Numbered from the stretch's first letter, positions 42,099-51,660 are shown. The stretch is 64,000 bases of DNA from an uncultured Gemmatimonadales bacterium (GCA_963716255.1 OY970303.1:7872001-7936000); one strand, 5' to 3'. Notes: generated by a model not told the origin, from the sequence alone. Made by a program: numbers and translations.

Positions 42099-44810
42099 TC
42101 AGTCCGCTCCGCGCAAAGCCACCAGCGGGTCCACGCGCGTGGCACGGCGAGCCGGCACGTACGCCGCGACCCCGGCCGCCATGACCAGACCCAGCGGCAC
42201 CACGACGAACGTGGCCGCGTCCGTGGCCGTCACCCCGTACAGCAGGTGCGCCAGCAGCCGCGTGAGCCCGAGCGCCGCCGCCACCCCCACGGCCACCCCG
42301 GCGAGCGTCATCGCCATCCCCTGGCCCACCACCAGGCGGCGGATGGCCGCGGGGCGCGCCCCCAGCGCCATGCGCACCCCCATCTCGTAGGTGCGCTGCG
42401 CCACCAGGTAGGCCAGCGTCCCGTAGATCCCCACCACGGCCAGCACCAGCGCCACCGCCGCGAACGCGCCCAGCAGCAGCGCCAGGAAGCGCGGCCGGGC
42501 CACCGACTCGCCGCGCACCTCGTCCAGCGTGCGCACGTCCGCCAGGGGGAGCTCCGGGTCCTGGGCGCGGATCGCCTCGCTCACCGGCCCGGCCAGGCGC
42601 GCCGGATCGCCCTGCGTGTGCACGGCCAGCGCGAGGGAGCGCGCCGCGCCGCCCCCGTTCCAGAAGCGGAACTGCGCGTGCGGCACGTACATCTCGGCGC
42701 GCGGCGGCTCGCCCAGCGCCGCGTGCCTCACGTCGCGCACCACGCCCACCACGGTCACCACCCCCGGCCCGGCCCCGCCGCCCAGCGTGAAGCGCGCCCC
42801 CAGCGGGCTGCGCCCCGGCCAGTACCGCCGCGCCAGCGACTCGTTGACCACCACCACCCCCGGCGCCCGCTCGTCGTCGCGGGCCTCGATCCCCCGCCCG
42901 GCGAGCACCTGCATCCCCAGCGCCCGCAGGTAGCCGGGCGTCACCGCCTGCCAGTCCGCGCGCGGGCTCACGGCGCCGTCGGGGACCGGCTGCCCCTCCA
43001 TCTCGAAGTTGAGGTCGCCCAGCGTGCTGGCCAGCGGCAGGTTGGTGACCGCGCCCGCGGCGTCCACCCCCGGCACCTCCCCCACGCGGCGCAGCATCTC
43101 GCGGAAGGCGCCCACCACCCGCGCGTCGTCCGCATAGCCGGACTGCGGCAGCGACACGCGCAGCGTCAGCACGCCCCCGGTGCGAAAGCCCGGGTCCACC
43201 CCGTACAGCGCCGCCAGGCTGCGCACCAGGAGCCCCGCCCCCAGCAGCAGCACCACCGCCAGCGCCACCTCGCCCGCCACCAGGGCGGAGCGGAAGCGGC
43301 GCCGGCCCACCCCGCCCGTCCCGGAGCGCCCGTTCTCCTTGAGCGACGCGTGCACCTGCCCGCCCGAAGCGTGCAGCGCCGGCGCCACCCCGAAGACAAG
43401 CAGGCTCAGCAGCGAAGCGCCCAGCGCGAAGCCCAGCACCGCCGGGTCCATGCGCACCGGTCCCGCGCTGGGCAGCTCCGCCATCTCCAGCAGCGGCACC
43501 GCCCGCACCGCCCAGGCGGCCAGCAGCACGCCGATCCCCCCGCCGAGCGCCGCCAGCAGCGCCGCCTCCGCCAGGAGCTGGCGCACCAGGCGCCCGCGCC
43601 CCGCCCCCAGCGCCGCCCGCACCGCCAGCTCCCGCCGCCGGCCGTCCACCCGCACCAGCAGCAGGTTGGCCACGTTGGCGCAGGCGATGAGGAGCACCAG
43701 CGCCACCGCGCCCAGGAGCGGCACCAGCACCGGGCGCGTGCGGCCCATCACCGCCTCGCGCAGCGGCACCGTCCCCGCCGCGAAGCGCATCTCCGCCGGG
43801 TAGTCGTCCGGGTAGTCGCGCGAGAACCCCGCCGCCACCGCGGCGATCTCCCGGTCCGCCGCCGCCGGCGCCACACCCGCCCGCAGCCGGGCCACCCCCT
43901 CCAGGAAGTGGCTGCCGCGCTGCGCCGCCAGCTCCGGCCCCAGCGCCAGCGGCAGGAACACCTCCGTGTCCTCGCCCTCCTCCATGTCCAGCGGCAGCCG
44001 GAAGCCCGCCGGCATCACCCCCACCACCACGCGCGGCGCGCCGTCCAGGAGAAGGCGCCGCCCCAGCACCTCCGGCGACGCGCCGAAGCGCCGCGTCCAC
44101 AGCCCGTGGCTCAGCACCACCACGCCGTCGCCGCCGGGCGCGTCCTCGCCCGCCGAAAAGGCCCGCCCCGCCGCGGGGGCCACGCCCAGCGCGGGGATCA
44201 CCCCCGCGGACAGGTAGCCCGCCCGCAGGCGCTCCGGCTCGCCGTCGCCGGTGAGGTTCGCCGAGGCCACCGCGTACGCGCCCACCGTCTCCAGCGAGCG
44301 CAGCCGGTCGCGGTAGTCGAAGAACTCCGCGGGCGACAGGTCCCCGGCCGGCTCGTCGTTCCAGCGGTTGGAAAGCCGCACCAGCCGCTCCGCGGCGGGG
44401 TAGGGGAGCCCCCGCAGCAGCGTCGCGTCCACGATGCTGAACACCGCCGTGTTCGCCCCGATCCCCAGTGCCAGCGTGAGGATCGCCGCGGCCGCGAAGC
44501 CGGGGCGCAGCCGCAGCTGCCGCGCCCCGAAGGCCAGGTCCTGCCCCAGCTCCGCCAGCCACTCCGAGCGCCGGCGGCCCCGCTCCCGCCCCTCCTCCGC
44601 GCGATAGAGCGACCGCCGCGCCTCGTCCACGTCGCCGAACTCGCTCCCCGCCCGGGCGCGCGCCTCCGCCTCCGGCATCCCCGCGCGCACCAGCGCCTCG
44701 GTGCGCATGTCCAGGTGGAAGCGCACCTCCTCGTCCACCTCCGCGCGGATCTGGTCGCGCGTCCTCCAGGGAAAGCGGAAGGCGCGCGGCAGCCGCCGGA
44801 AGCCGCTCAT
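42099..44810 (-). CDS. ADOP-type duplicated ABC permease (MacB/FtsX domains)
   Basis: N-terminal EVDEEVRFHLDMR, QDLAFGARQLRLRPGF, LTLALGIGANTAVFS, VLLIACANVANLLL, RRRELAVRAALGAGR, and C-terminal VPARRATRVDPLVALR. Confidence 0.92.
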   Translation of the reverse strand: MSGFRRLPRAFRFPWRTRDQIRAEVDEEVRFHLDMRTEALVRAGMPEAEARARAGSEFGDVDEARRSLYRAEEGRERGRRRSEWLAELGQDLAFGARQLRLRPGFAAAAILTLALGIGANTAVFSIVDATLLRGLPYPAAERLVRLSNRWNDEPAGDLSPAEFFDYRDRLRSLETVGAYAVASANLTGDGEPERLRAGYLSAGVIPALGVAPAAGRAFSAGEDAPGGDGVVVLSHGLWTRRFGASPEVLGRRLLLDGAPRVVVGVMPAGFRLPLDMEEGEDTEVFLPLALGPELAAQRGSHFLEGVARLRAGVAPAAADREIAAVAAGFSRDYPDDYPAEMRFAAGTVPLREAVMGRTRPVLVPLLGAVALVLLIACANVANLLLVRVDGRRRELAVRAALGAGRGRLVRQLLAEAALLAALGGGIGVLLAAWAVRAVPLLEMAELPSAGPVRMDPAVLGFALGASLLSLLVFGVAPALHASGGQVHASLKENGRSGTGGVGRRRFRSALVAGEVALAVVLLLGAGLLVRSLAALYGVDPGFRTGGVLTLRVSLPQSGYADDARVVGAFREMLRRVGEVPGVDAAGAVTNLPLASTLGDLNFEMEGQPVPDGAVSPRADWQAVTPGYLRALGMQVLAGRGIEARDDERAPGVVVVNESLARRYWPGRSPLGARFTLGGGAGPGVVTVVGVVRDVRHAALGEPPRAEMYVPHAQFRFWNGGGAARSLALAVHTQGDPARLAGPVSEAIRAQDPELPLADVRTLDEVRGESVARPRFLALLLGAFAAVALVLAVVGIYGTLAYLVAQRTYEMGVRMALGARPAAIRRLVVGQGMAMTLAGVAVGVAAALGLTRLLAHLLYGVTATDAATFVVVPLGLVMAAGVAAYVPARRATRVDPLVALRGAD

Positions 44811-45154
44811 GCCGCCTCCCCCGGCGCCGCGTCGAGCACCTTGAAGATCGCCTCCGCGTAGCGCCGCCAGGTGGCCGTCTCCTGCCGCAGCCGGGCGCGT
44901 CCGTCGCCGGTGAGCGTGTAGTAGCGGGCGCGGCGGTTGTTCTCCGTCATCGCCCACTCGGCCTCCACCCACCCCTTCTTTTCCAGCCGTCGCAGCGCCT
45001 GGTACAGGGCGGCGTCCTGCACCGCCAGCACGCCCTCCGTGCGGTCGCGGATCCACTGCGAGATCCCGTAGCCGTGCATGGGCTCCCAGGCGAGGGTGCG
45101 CAGGACGAGCACGGCGAGCGTGCCCTGCATCAGGTCCAGCGAGTCGTCGGCCAT
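44807..45154 (-). CDS. PadR family transcriptional regulator (acidobacterial type, paired with ADOP)
   Basis: DLMQGTLAVLVL...MHGYGISQWI...LYQALRRLEKKGWV...ENNRRARYYTLT. ATGA overlap with the permease start. Confidence 0.92.
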   Translation of the reverse strand: MADDSLDLMQGTLAVLVLRTLAWEPMHGYGISQWIRDRTEGVLAVQDAALYQALRRLEKKGWVEAEWAMTENNRRARYYTLTGDGRARLRQETATWRRYAEAIFKVLDAAPGEAA

Positions 45155-45198
45155 GGTTTTTTCCGATTTCGTCTGAGGGGGTGGAACTGCTTTGAACT

Positions 45199-45677
45199 GC
45201 CGGGTTCGGGCGTGCCCCCGGCTGGCGCCGGGGTCGGGCTTCGGCTCCGTAAGCCCGCAAACAACGCGGGCTAACGGAGTCGAGCCCCGCGAAACTGCCC
45301 GCGGGTCTTGCCCCTTCGGGCCGAAATCCCTCACGCGGGTTTCGCGCTGGCGTCCGCGGGGGCCCCCTCCCCCCGGCCCCCTCCCCCAATTCTGGGGGGA
45401 GGGGGAGCACGACACGACGGGCCGTTGCAGTTCCTGGGATCTGCGCCGGGAGGTCGGGGGAGGGTCCGCAGGCGGTGCGTTTGTTCGAAGCCAGCGTGAT
45501 CCCGCCCTCACAGGGAGGGTGGGCGAGTGCTCTGGCGAGTCCCTTCGGGTATCGCACCGCCGGAGGAGCCTCCCCCGGCCGACCCCAAACACCGGACCCC
45601 GCCGAAGCACACCGCTGTTGGCCCCCTCTCCCAGAATTGGGAGAGGGTGGCGAGCCTCAAGCGAGCCGGGTGAGGGC
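45199..45677 (+). repeat. Long composite intergenic element, copy 4 (inverted relative to copy 3)
   Basis: Core stem AGCCCGC aaacaac GCGGGCT (45252-45272), with the same extension as copy 3 and two CCCAGAATTGGG-type hairpins. Confidence 0.9.
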
Positions 45678-45700
45678 CGCCGGGTGAGATCTCACCTTTC

Positions 45701-45762
45701 CCCACAGCATGCTCCCCTTAGCATGTGTGGGTAAAATGCGCGCGGCGGGGCCGCGGTGTCAA
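45701..45762 (-). promoter_or_regulatory. Candidate sigma70 promoter and operator for padR-ADOP
   Basis: Minus-strand TTGACA at 45762-45757 with a weak -10 (CATTTT, 45738-45733). Imperfect inverted repeat CCCACAGCATGCT..AGCATGTGTGGG at 45701-45730. Confidence 0.45.
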
Positions 45763-45863
45763 GAACGTTCGTTCCCGGCACCGCCCCACGCGCGTCCCCG
45801 GTGCTCCGGCCTCCGCCCCACCCCTCCGCCCGGGGAGGCGCGGGACCCGTCAGGGCGGGGCGC

Positions 45864-46268
45864 TCACCAGGGGTCGAAGCAGTCGTAGTTGCGCTGGCGG
45901 CGGATCAGGCCGCCGCTGAACTCCAGGAACACGGCGAAGCGGGCGCGCATCTCGCCGCCCGCGGGGAGGGAGCCCAGCGGCACGGCGAGCGTCCCCGTCC
46001 ACTGCACCTCCAGCGCGGCGCGGTCGCCCTCCGCCACCGCGTGCAGCAGCTCGAAGCGCTGCGCCCGCAGCACCCGCTGCCCCTTGATGGCGCCCTCCAG
46101 GATCTCCGCCAGGCCGCGGCGCGCACCCTGCGGCACCAGGCGGTTGGGGAACTCCTCCTGCACCACGTCCGCCGTGAAGAAGGCGGCCAGCTCGTCGCCC
46201 GTCGCGCCGCGCTCGATGGCCTCCAGGTAGCTCCGGGCGAGCGCCAGGGGGTCGGGGCCGGACGCCAC
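45864..46268 (-). CDS. SnoaL-like / NTF2 family protein
   Basis: LARSYLEAIE...FFTADVVQEEFPNRL...VAEGDRAALEVQWTG...FAVFLEFSGGLIRRQRNYDCFDPW. Confidence 0.85.
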   Translation of the reverse strand: MASGPDPLALARSYLEAIERGATGDELAAFFTADVVQEEFPNRLVPQGARRGLAEILEGAIKGQRVLRAQRFELLHAVAEGDRAALEVQWTGTLAVPLGSLPAGGEMRARFAVFLEFSGGLIRRQRNYDCFDPW

Positions 46269-46270
46269 GG

Positions 46271-46759
46271 TCAGGTGCCCTGCGGCCGGGTCATGGCCTG
46301 CGGGATCAGCACCGCCATCACCTCGCCGCGCGCCGTCACGTCCCCGCCGGCGGAAAGCGTGACGTCCACCATGACGCGGCGGCCGCTCACGCTCTTCACC
46401 CTGCCGCGCACCTCCAGCTCCGGGCCCAGCGGCGTGGGGAGGAGGTAGTCCACGTGCAGCGAGCCGGTGACGAAGCGCGGCGCCTCGCGCTCCCCGATGC
46501 TCCGCCCGGCCGCGCGCTCCGTGGCCGCCGAGGCCGTCGCCATGGCGTGGCAGTCGATCAGCGAGGCGATCAGCCCGCCGTACACGTAGCCCGGCACCGC
46601 CACGTGCTCCGGCCGCGGCGTGAACCGCGTCACCGTCCCCTCGCCCTCCCACCGCGTCTTGATGCGCAGGCCGTGCTCGTTGAGCCGGCCGCAGCCGTGG
46701 CAGTGGGCGAAGTCCTCGGGGTAGTGGTCCTGCACGGCGGGGGATGCGCTCTCGCTCAC
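46271..46759 (-). CDS. PaaI family (hotdog-fold) thioesterase
   Basis: CHGCGRLNEHGL, PGYVYGGLIASLIDCH and VTGSLHVDYLLPTP. Confidence 0.85.
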   Translation of the reverse strand: MSESASPAVQDHYPEDFAHCHGCGRLNEHGLRIKTRWEGEGTVTRFTPRPEHVAVPGYVYGGLIASLIDCHAMATASAATERAAGRSIGEREAPRFVTGSLHVDYLLPTPLGPELEVRGRVKSVSGRRVMVDVTLSAGGDVTARGEVMAVLIPQAMTRPQGT

Positions 46760-46939
46760 GGTGGCCTCTCCGGTTCTGGCGGTTCATGCGGGCATACGAA
46801 AGGCGCCAGGAATCTCTTCCCGGCGCCCTGATGATAGCCGTTTTTCCGCTCCGCGACAGGTGGCGGCGGTGCCGTGCGGGAGCCGTGCGAACCACGGTCG
46901 CCGCCCGCCGGCAGGCCGCCGGAGGCAAGTGCGCCGTGC

Positions 46940-47157
46940 CTTTCTCCCGCTTGCGGGGGAGAGGGGGCCGGGGGGGTGAGGGGGCCCACCCCCGCGGACG
47001 CCAGCGCGATGCCCGCGTGAGGGATTTCGGCCCGTTTGAAGGGGCGCGAGTATCGCCGCGGGCAGTTTCGCGGGGCTCGACTCCGTTGAGCAGCGTTGTT
47101 TGCTGCTCTACGGAGCCGAAGCCCGACCCCGGCGCCAGCCGGGGACACGCCCGAGCC
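46940..47157 (-). repeat. Structured intergenic element, copy 5, with a flanking CTCCCGCTTGCGGGGGAG hairpin
   Basis: Core stem GAGCAGC gttgttt GCTGCTC (47088-47108). Confidence 0.9.
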
Positions 47158-47201
47158 GTGCTTTTCAACCCGATACAACCGGATCCGGCGTCACGCGCCG
47201 C

Positions 47202-48495
47202 TCACGGGCAGGTGAAGCGCCCGGCGTACCCGCTCGCCGCCACGAACGCGTCGAAGTCGCCGATCTTCAGCATCTCCGCCACGGCCCGCCGCCGGTCCGC
47301 CGCGCGCTCGTGGTACGCCTTCGCGATCCGGTAGCCCACGTAGTAGCCCAGGTCGCCCGGGCGCTCCGCCGGGCTGGCGCCGTTGTACAGCCAGCCGCCC
47401 GTGTCGGTGCCGTGCATCCGGCCGCGGAACTCGCACCAGAGCGCCGACTCGTGCGCGTCGCCGTACGCGTGCGCCGCCGGGTTCACGTGGCGGCCCGAGA
47501 TCAGCTCCGCCACGAAGTCCGCCACGCCCTCGTTGAGCGACTGCCGCAGCAGCGACCTCCCCGGCGCGTAGTCCTGCTGGTAGTGCACCAGCTCGTGCGC
47601 CACGATGTGGGGAACCCGGTCCACGCCCCCGAACACCGCCCGCATCCAGGGCTCCATCTCCGCCTCCGGCGCCTCCGGCGTGCGCCCGTACACCTCCGTG
47701 CCGATGAGGAGGCCGCGGCCGCTGGTGGTCCCCCCGGTGGAAAGCGTGCCCACCAGGAAGTACACGTCCGGGTAGACGGCGTCCGGGTACAGCGCCTCCA
47801 TCCTGCGGAACGCCTCCCGGATCTGCGGCTCGTACGCGCCCGCCCGCAGCGTGCTCGCCCGCGCCGAGCGGTAGTAGCCCCCGTAGCGGTTCACCGACGC
47901 CGCCAGCGCCTCCGCCGTGCCTATGCGCAGCACCGTGAAGTCCTGCAGGCCCGCCGTCCCGCGGTCCAGGTACATCGACTTCAGCGCGGCCGCGCGGGTG
48001 TCCGGCGTCGACGCGTCGTAGGCGGCCCAGAAGCGCGCCACGTCGTCCGCGACGATGCGCGCCGAGTCCGGGTGCGGGTGCGACACGTCGAAGGGGGCCG
48101 CCGCCTCCGCCGCGAACGCCGCCGCCGCCGCGCTCCCCGGGCGGGCGAGGCGGAAGGGCATGGTGGACTGGCCCATGCGCGCCAGCCCCTCCACCGCGCC
48201 GACGCCGCGGGCCAGCAACCCGTCGAGGCGGGCCCCCCGCAGCTCCCCGGCGAAGCGCAGCCGCACGCTGTCGCCGTCCACGCGCACCGTGTCCACGGCC
48301 CGGTCCTCGAGTCGCCGGGCAGGCAGCGTGATCGACCCCGTCCACCCGCCGGCCGACCGCGCCAGCGTCAGGCGCACCACGGACGGGCGGGGCGTGCGGA
48401 TCACGCCCTCCCAGCTCCCCTCCGGGCCCGGGGGCGCGGACTGCGAAACGGCCGGCGAGGCGAGCGCGGAGCAGGAGCGCGGCGAGGCGGCGCAC
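47202..48495 (-). pseudogene. Secreted Zn-dependent protease (DUF2268-like, HExxH) with a +1 frameshift in the signal peptide (pseudogene or sequence error)
   Basis: HIVAHELVHYQQ...NEGVADFVAELI...DLGYYVGYRI. A GTG at 48495 with a GGAG RBS gives MRRLAALLL; removing one G at 48468-48469 joins it to ALASPAVSQ...GSWEGVIRT. Confidence 0.7.
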
Positions 48496-48614
48496 GGGCG
48501 GTCTCCGGCGTACGGGGGAGGGGTCCTGCGGACGGGACGTGCGGCACACGCTAAACGCCGCTCCGCCCCGGCGCAAGCGGGCCGCCGCCGCCCCTCCGCT
48601 CCGCTGCCGGCCGG

Positions 48615-49808
48615 TCAGGCGAGTGCCGCGGCCCCAGCCTGAAAGAGCTCCAGCAGCTCCCCGCACAGGCGCTCCAGCGGGCCGCTGCGCACCGGCTCCC
48701 CTCCACGGCGGTACTTGCGGTACCCGGTGGTTCCCTCGAGCTCGGAAAGCCGGTCCTGCCAGCGGCTGCGCTCCCGCGCCGGCACGGCCGCGGCCAGGAT
48801 CCGCAGCCCCTCGATCCGGAAGACCTCGTCGCCCGACGCGCAGCCGCCCTGGTACACGTCGCGCCCCAGCGTGGCCGCCTCCGCTTCGAGCCCCACCTCC
48901 TGGCACGCCTGTGCCAGCCGCAGCAGCACGTAGAGCGACTGCAGCTGGCCCTTCGCCTCGGGCGATACCTGCCCCACGGTCGCGGCCACCGGCAGCAGGG
49001 CCCCCACCGCGCGCTCCGGATCCCCAGCGCAGGCGAAGACCTCCCCCAGGCGCAGCCTGAACACCACGCGGTGCCACCCGCGAGCCTCCCGGAGCGCGTC
49101 GTCGAGCGTGCTGCGCGCCCGGTCGATATCGCCCGTCCGGCACGCGGCCACGGCCGTCGCCTCCTGCCTCCACATCCAGTGTCCTGAGTGCTCTTCCGCC
49201 GCGAACGCAGCCGCCTCCGCGAACCTTCCGTTCACCAGAAGCGCGCGCAGCGAATCGATGACGTACGTAGTCCGGAGACCGGTGGCGAACCGGACCGCCG
49301 GCTCCGGCGCGCCGGAGCCGCGGGCCAGGTGAAGGCGTGTGGTGCCCAGCAGGATCGTATCGTCGGCACGGGGCAGGACCAGGCAGGCGAACCGGTCGAG
49401 CGCGGCCTGCCAGGAGCCGCCGAGCGATTCCAGGCGGCCCAGGTTGACCCAGGGGGGAACACAGGCCAGCGGGACCTCCCGGTCGCGAGCCCGCCGGCCC
49501 AGTCGAGACAACCACCTGAGCTGGCCCTGGCAGAGCCTCCACGCGGTGGCTGGGTCGCCGCCGTGAAGAGCCATGAGCGCCGCGTTGTTGGCGATCGCCG
49601 AGACGCCGCCGCCGAGGTCTCTGGCCGTGCGCGTCTCCGCCCGGCACCTCTGCAGCGCGGCGGCCAGCCGGTCGGCCCACGCTCCCAGCGGCTCGCGCGC
49701 CAGCCTTTCCTGGGGGAGCAGCAGCGCGGTCGAGATCGTCCCCATGGGCGAGGCGCAGCCCCCGAGGCGGGCCACCGGGGCACCGGCAGGGACACGCATC
49801 GTCGTCAT
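48615..49808 (-). CDS. Hypothetical helical (TPR-like) protein, third gene of the RiPP locus
   Basis: 397 aa with a GGAGG RBS, 46 nt downstream of the rSAM stop, and the same visibly lower-GC codon style as the rSAM gene. No recognised catalytic motif. Confidence 0.7.
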   Translation of the reverse strand: MTTMRVPAGAPVARLGGCASPMGTISTALLLPQERLAREPLGAWADRLAAALQRCRAETRTARDLGGGVSAIANNAALMALHGGDPATAWRLCQGQLRWLSRLGRRARDREVPLACVPPWVNLGRLESLGGSWQAALDRFACLVLPRADDTILLGTTRLHLARGSGAPEPAVRFATGLRTTYVIDSLRALLVNGRFAEAAAFAAEEHSGHWMWRQEATAVAACRTGDIDRARSTLDDALREARGWHRVVFRLRLGEVFACAGDPERAVGALLPVAATVGQVSPEAKGQLQSLYVLLRLAQACQEVGLEAEAATLGRDVYQGGCASGDEVFRIEGLRILAAAVPARERSRWQDRLSELEGTTGYRKYRRGGEPVRSGPLERLCGELLELFQAGAAALA

Positions 49809-49854
49809 TCGTCCTCCGGTACCGGGGGAGCCCGCGGCCGCTGACCTCCTCGCC

Positions 49855-51300
49855 TCAGCTCGCCGCCCCGGCGAGGCTTTCCCGGCGCTTCGCGGCCGTT
49901 GCCAGCGTGAACCGCATCTCCTGCTTCAGCTCCGACTTCACGGAGCAGCACGTGCGTTTCCCCTCCGTGATCCGCGTGATGGGGCACGCCGCGCCCTGGC
50001 AGCCGGGCAGCACGTAGCAGCTCTGGCACATGGAGTCCGTCTCGAAGTGGGGTCCGACCCACTGGCTCATGCGCTGGGCGTCGAGCTGCACCGTGCCGTC
50101 GGGGTTCAGGTGCCCGACGACGTTGGTGTCCAGGTCGTAGAGCGCGACCGTGCACTTCATCAGCGCCCCGGAAGCGCCGACGATGAAGTTGTACGGCCGC
50201 GCCGCGTAGCAAACCTGGCTTCCCAGCGCCGCCACGTTGCCGATCCCGGCCTCCTGCGCGAGCTCCAGCTCCTCGGCCCTTCGGCTCAGCTCGCGCTGGA
50301 CCGTGCGCTTCTCCGTGATGCCGCACGTGTCGAGCTCGTTGTCGTTGGCTCCTCCCCATTTCCCCACCGCGCGGAAGCGGAGCTGGAAGCGCCGGTCGCC
50401 CGCGAAGTCCTCGCTGAGCGATTCCATGAAGGCGCCCAGGCGGGGGAAGTTCTTGTTGTCGAAGTTCACGCGGAGGTCGACCTGGAAGCGGTCCTCGCGA
50501 TCGCGCAGCGACCGGAGGTTGTCGAGGATGACGTCGTAGGTGGGGCTGCCGTCGCGCCCGATCCGCTTGCAGTTGTGCTCCTCGGGGAGACCGTCCACCG
50601 TGATCTGGAACTGCCGACACCCCCACTCCAGGAGCTTGGTGGCACGCTCCTCCGACAGAAGGTACCCGTTCGTGGTCATGTTCTGCGAAAGCCGGATCCC
50701 GTGCTCCTCCGCCACCGCCTTCGCGAACGGCGCCAGGTCCTCGATCGCCTCCCACCCGTACAGCGGCTCCCCTCCGAACCAGGAGAACCCCAGCTCCCGG
50801 AGATGCGGGGCCTGCTTGAGCACCAGCTCCCGTACGCCCTGGCGGACCTCCGGCAGCATCGTGCCGCGCTCGAACTTCTCGTAGCAGTAGACGCAGCGGA
50901 AGTTGCAGTCCTCGCTCGCCAGCAGGATGAACTGGAGCTTGTCGGTGCGCCATTGCTGCCGGGCGTAGCTGTAGCGGAAGAGCATCATCTCGTCCACGTC
51001 GTCCCGCACCAGATAGCCGCGCTTGCTCAGGTACGTGCCGACTTTGTCGAGAGGCTCGGAAATCCCCCCGACCGAGAGGTGTTCCAGCACGCGCTCACGG
51101 TCGCGGGGGAGAAAGGTGGTGATCGTCCCCGTGTACGTGTTCCAGAGCAGCAGCCTCCCGTCGTCCCCCACGGTCCGCGCGTTGTAGCGCGAAGGCACCC
51201 ATCGCTGCTTCGGTGCGTATTTCAGCTGCACCAGCGCGGGCGCGGAGACCGCGGCGCCACGTTCGTACGGGGAACTGAGCATGTCGATGGTCGGCTGCAT
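49855..51300 (-). CDS. Radical SAM/SPASM peptide maturase (481 aa)
   Basis: CxxxCxxC motif CNFRCVYC and WFGGEPL. SPASM cysteines CYAA...KCTV...CQSCYVLPGCQGAAC...TCC. A ~90-aa N-terminal extension (WVPSRYN...LLLWNTYTG...LSKRGYLV) resembles an RRE. GGAG RBS before ATG 51300. Confidence 0.93.
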   Translation of the reverse strand: MQPTIDMLSSPYERGAAVSAPALVQLKYAPKQRWVPSRYNARTVGDDGRLLLWNTYTGTITTFLPRDRERVLEHLSVGGISEPLDKVGTYLSKRGYLVRDDVDEMMLFRYSYARQQWRTDKLQFILLASEDCNFRCVYCYEKFERGTMLPEVRQGVRELVLKQAPHLRELGFSWFGGEPLYGWEAIEDLAPFAKAVAEEHGIRLSQNMTTNGYLLSEERATKLLEWGCRQFQITVDGLPEEHNCKRIGRDGSPTYDVILDNLRSLRDREDRFQVDLRVNFDNKNFPRLGAFMESLSEDFAGDRRFQLRFRAVGKWGGANDNELDTCGITEKRTVQRELSRRAEELELAQEAGIGNVAALGSQVCYAARPYNFIVGASGALMKCTVALYDLDTNVVGHLNPDGTVQLDAQRMSQWVGPHFETDSMCQSCYVLPGCQGAACPITRITEGKRTCCSVKSELKQEMRFTLATAAKRRESLAGAAS

Positions 51301-51415
51301 GACTTCACTCCGTTTCTCGTTGGGGCGGGAGAATGCTGAACCTGCGTGCGCGCGCTGCCGGGGCGGCCGGCCGGTGGAGTCTTCGACCCGGGGGTGACGT
51401 GGCATTGGGGAGTGT

Positions 51416-51446
51416 CCGGCCACGCTCGGACTTCAGGCGTGGCCGG
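51416..51446 (-). terminator. Stem-loop between the precursor and rSAM genes (stabiliser or attenuator)
   Basis: CCGGCCACGC-N11-GCGTGGCCGG, a perfect 10-bp stem 28 nt downstream of the precursor stop. No U-tract. Confidence 0.5.
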
Positions 51447-51474
51447 GTCCGTCAGTCCACGCGTACCGACCCCG

Positions 51475-51660
51475 TCAGCAGGGACAGTTGGTGTTCGGGC
51501 AGCTCACGCAGTTGCCGTTGGTGGTGTCGTTCCCGTCGTCCGGGAAGTCGGGCAAGGTCTGGCCGGGCACGCCGCCGCCGGCGACGTGTTCCAGCTCCTC
51601 CACGCTGAGATCGTCGTCCTCGGGGCGGGCCTGCGGTTCCTGCGGATTGTGCTCGGACAT
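51475..51660 (-). CDS. RiPP precursor peptide (61 aa): double-glycine leader plus Asn/Cys-rich core
   Basis: MSEHNPQEPQARPEDDDLSVEELEHVAGG|GVPGQTLPDFPDDGNDTTNGNCVSCPNTNCPC. Strong GGAGGAG RBS; directly upstream of the rSAM/SPASM gene. Confidence 0.88.
   Translation of the reverse strand: MSEHNPQEPQARPEDDDLSVEELEHVAGGGVPGQTLPDFPDDGNDTTNGNCVSCPNTNCPC

Noticed and set aside
44811..45610. N-terminal extensions of the permease and PadR ORFs through the repeat
   Set aside because: These translate repeat DNA (RVRDFGPKG..., TEPKPDPGASRGHAR). Family-typical starts lie at 44810 and 45154.
46271..46759. PaaI thioesterase as the NRPS release enzyme
   Set aside because: It lies 13 kb from the NRPS in an unrelated two-gene unit and belongs to a common acyl-CoA thioesterase family. 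Nothing links them.
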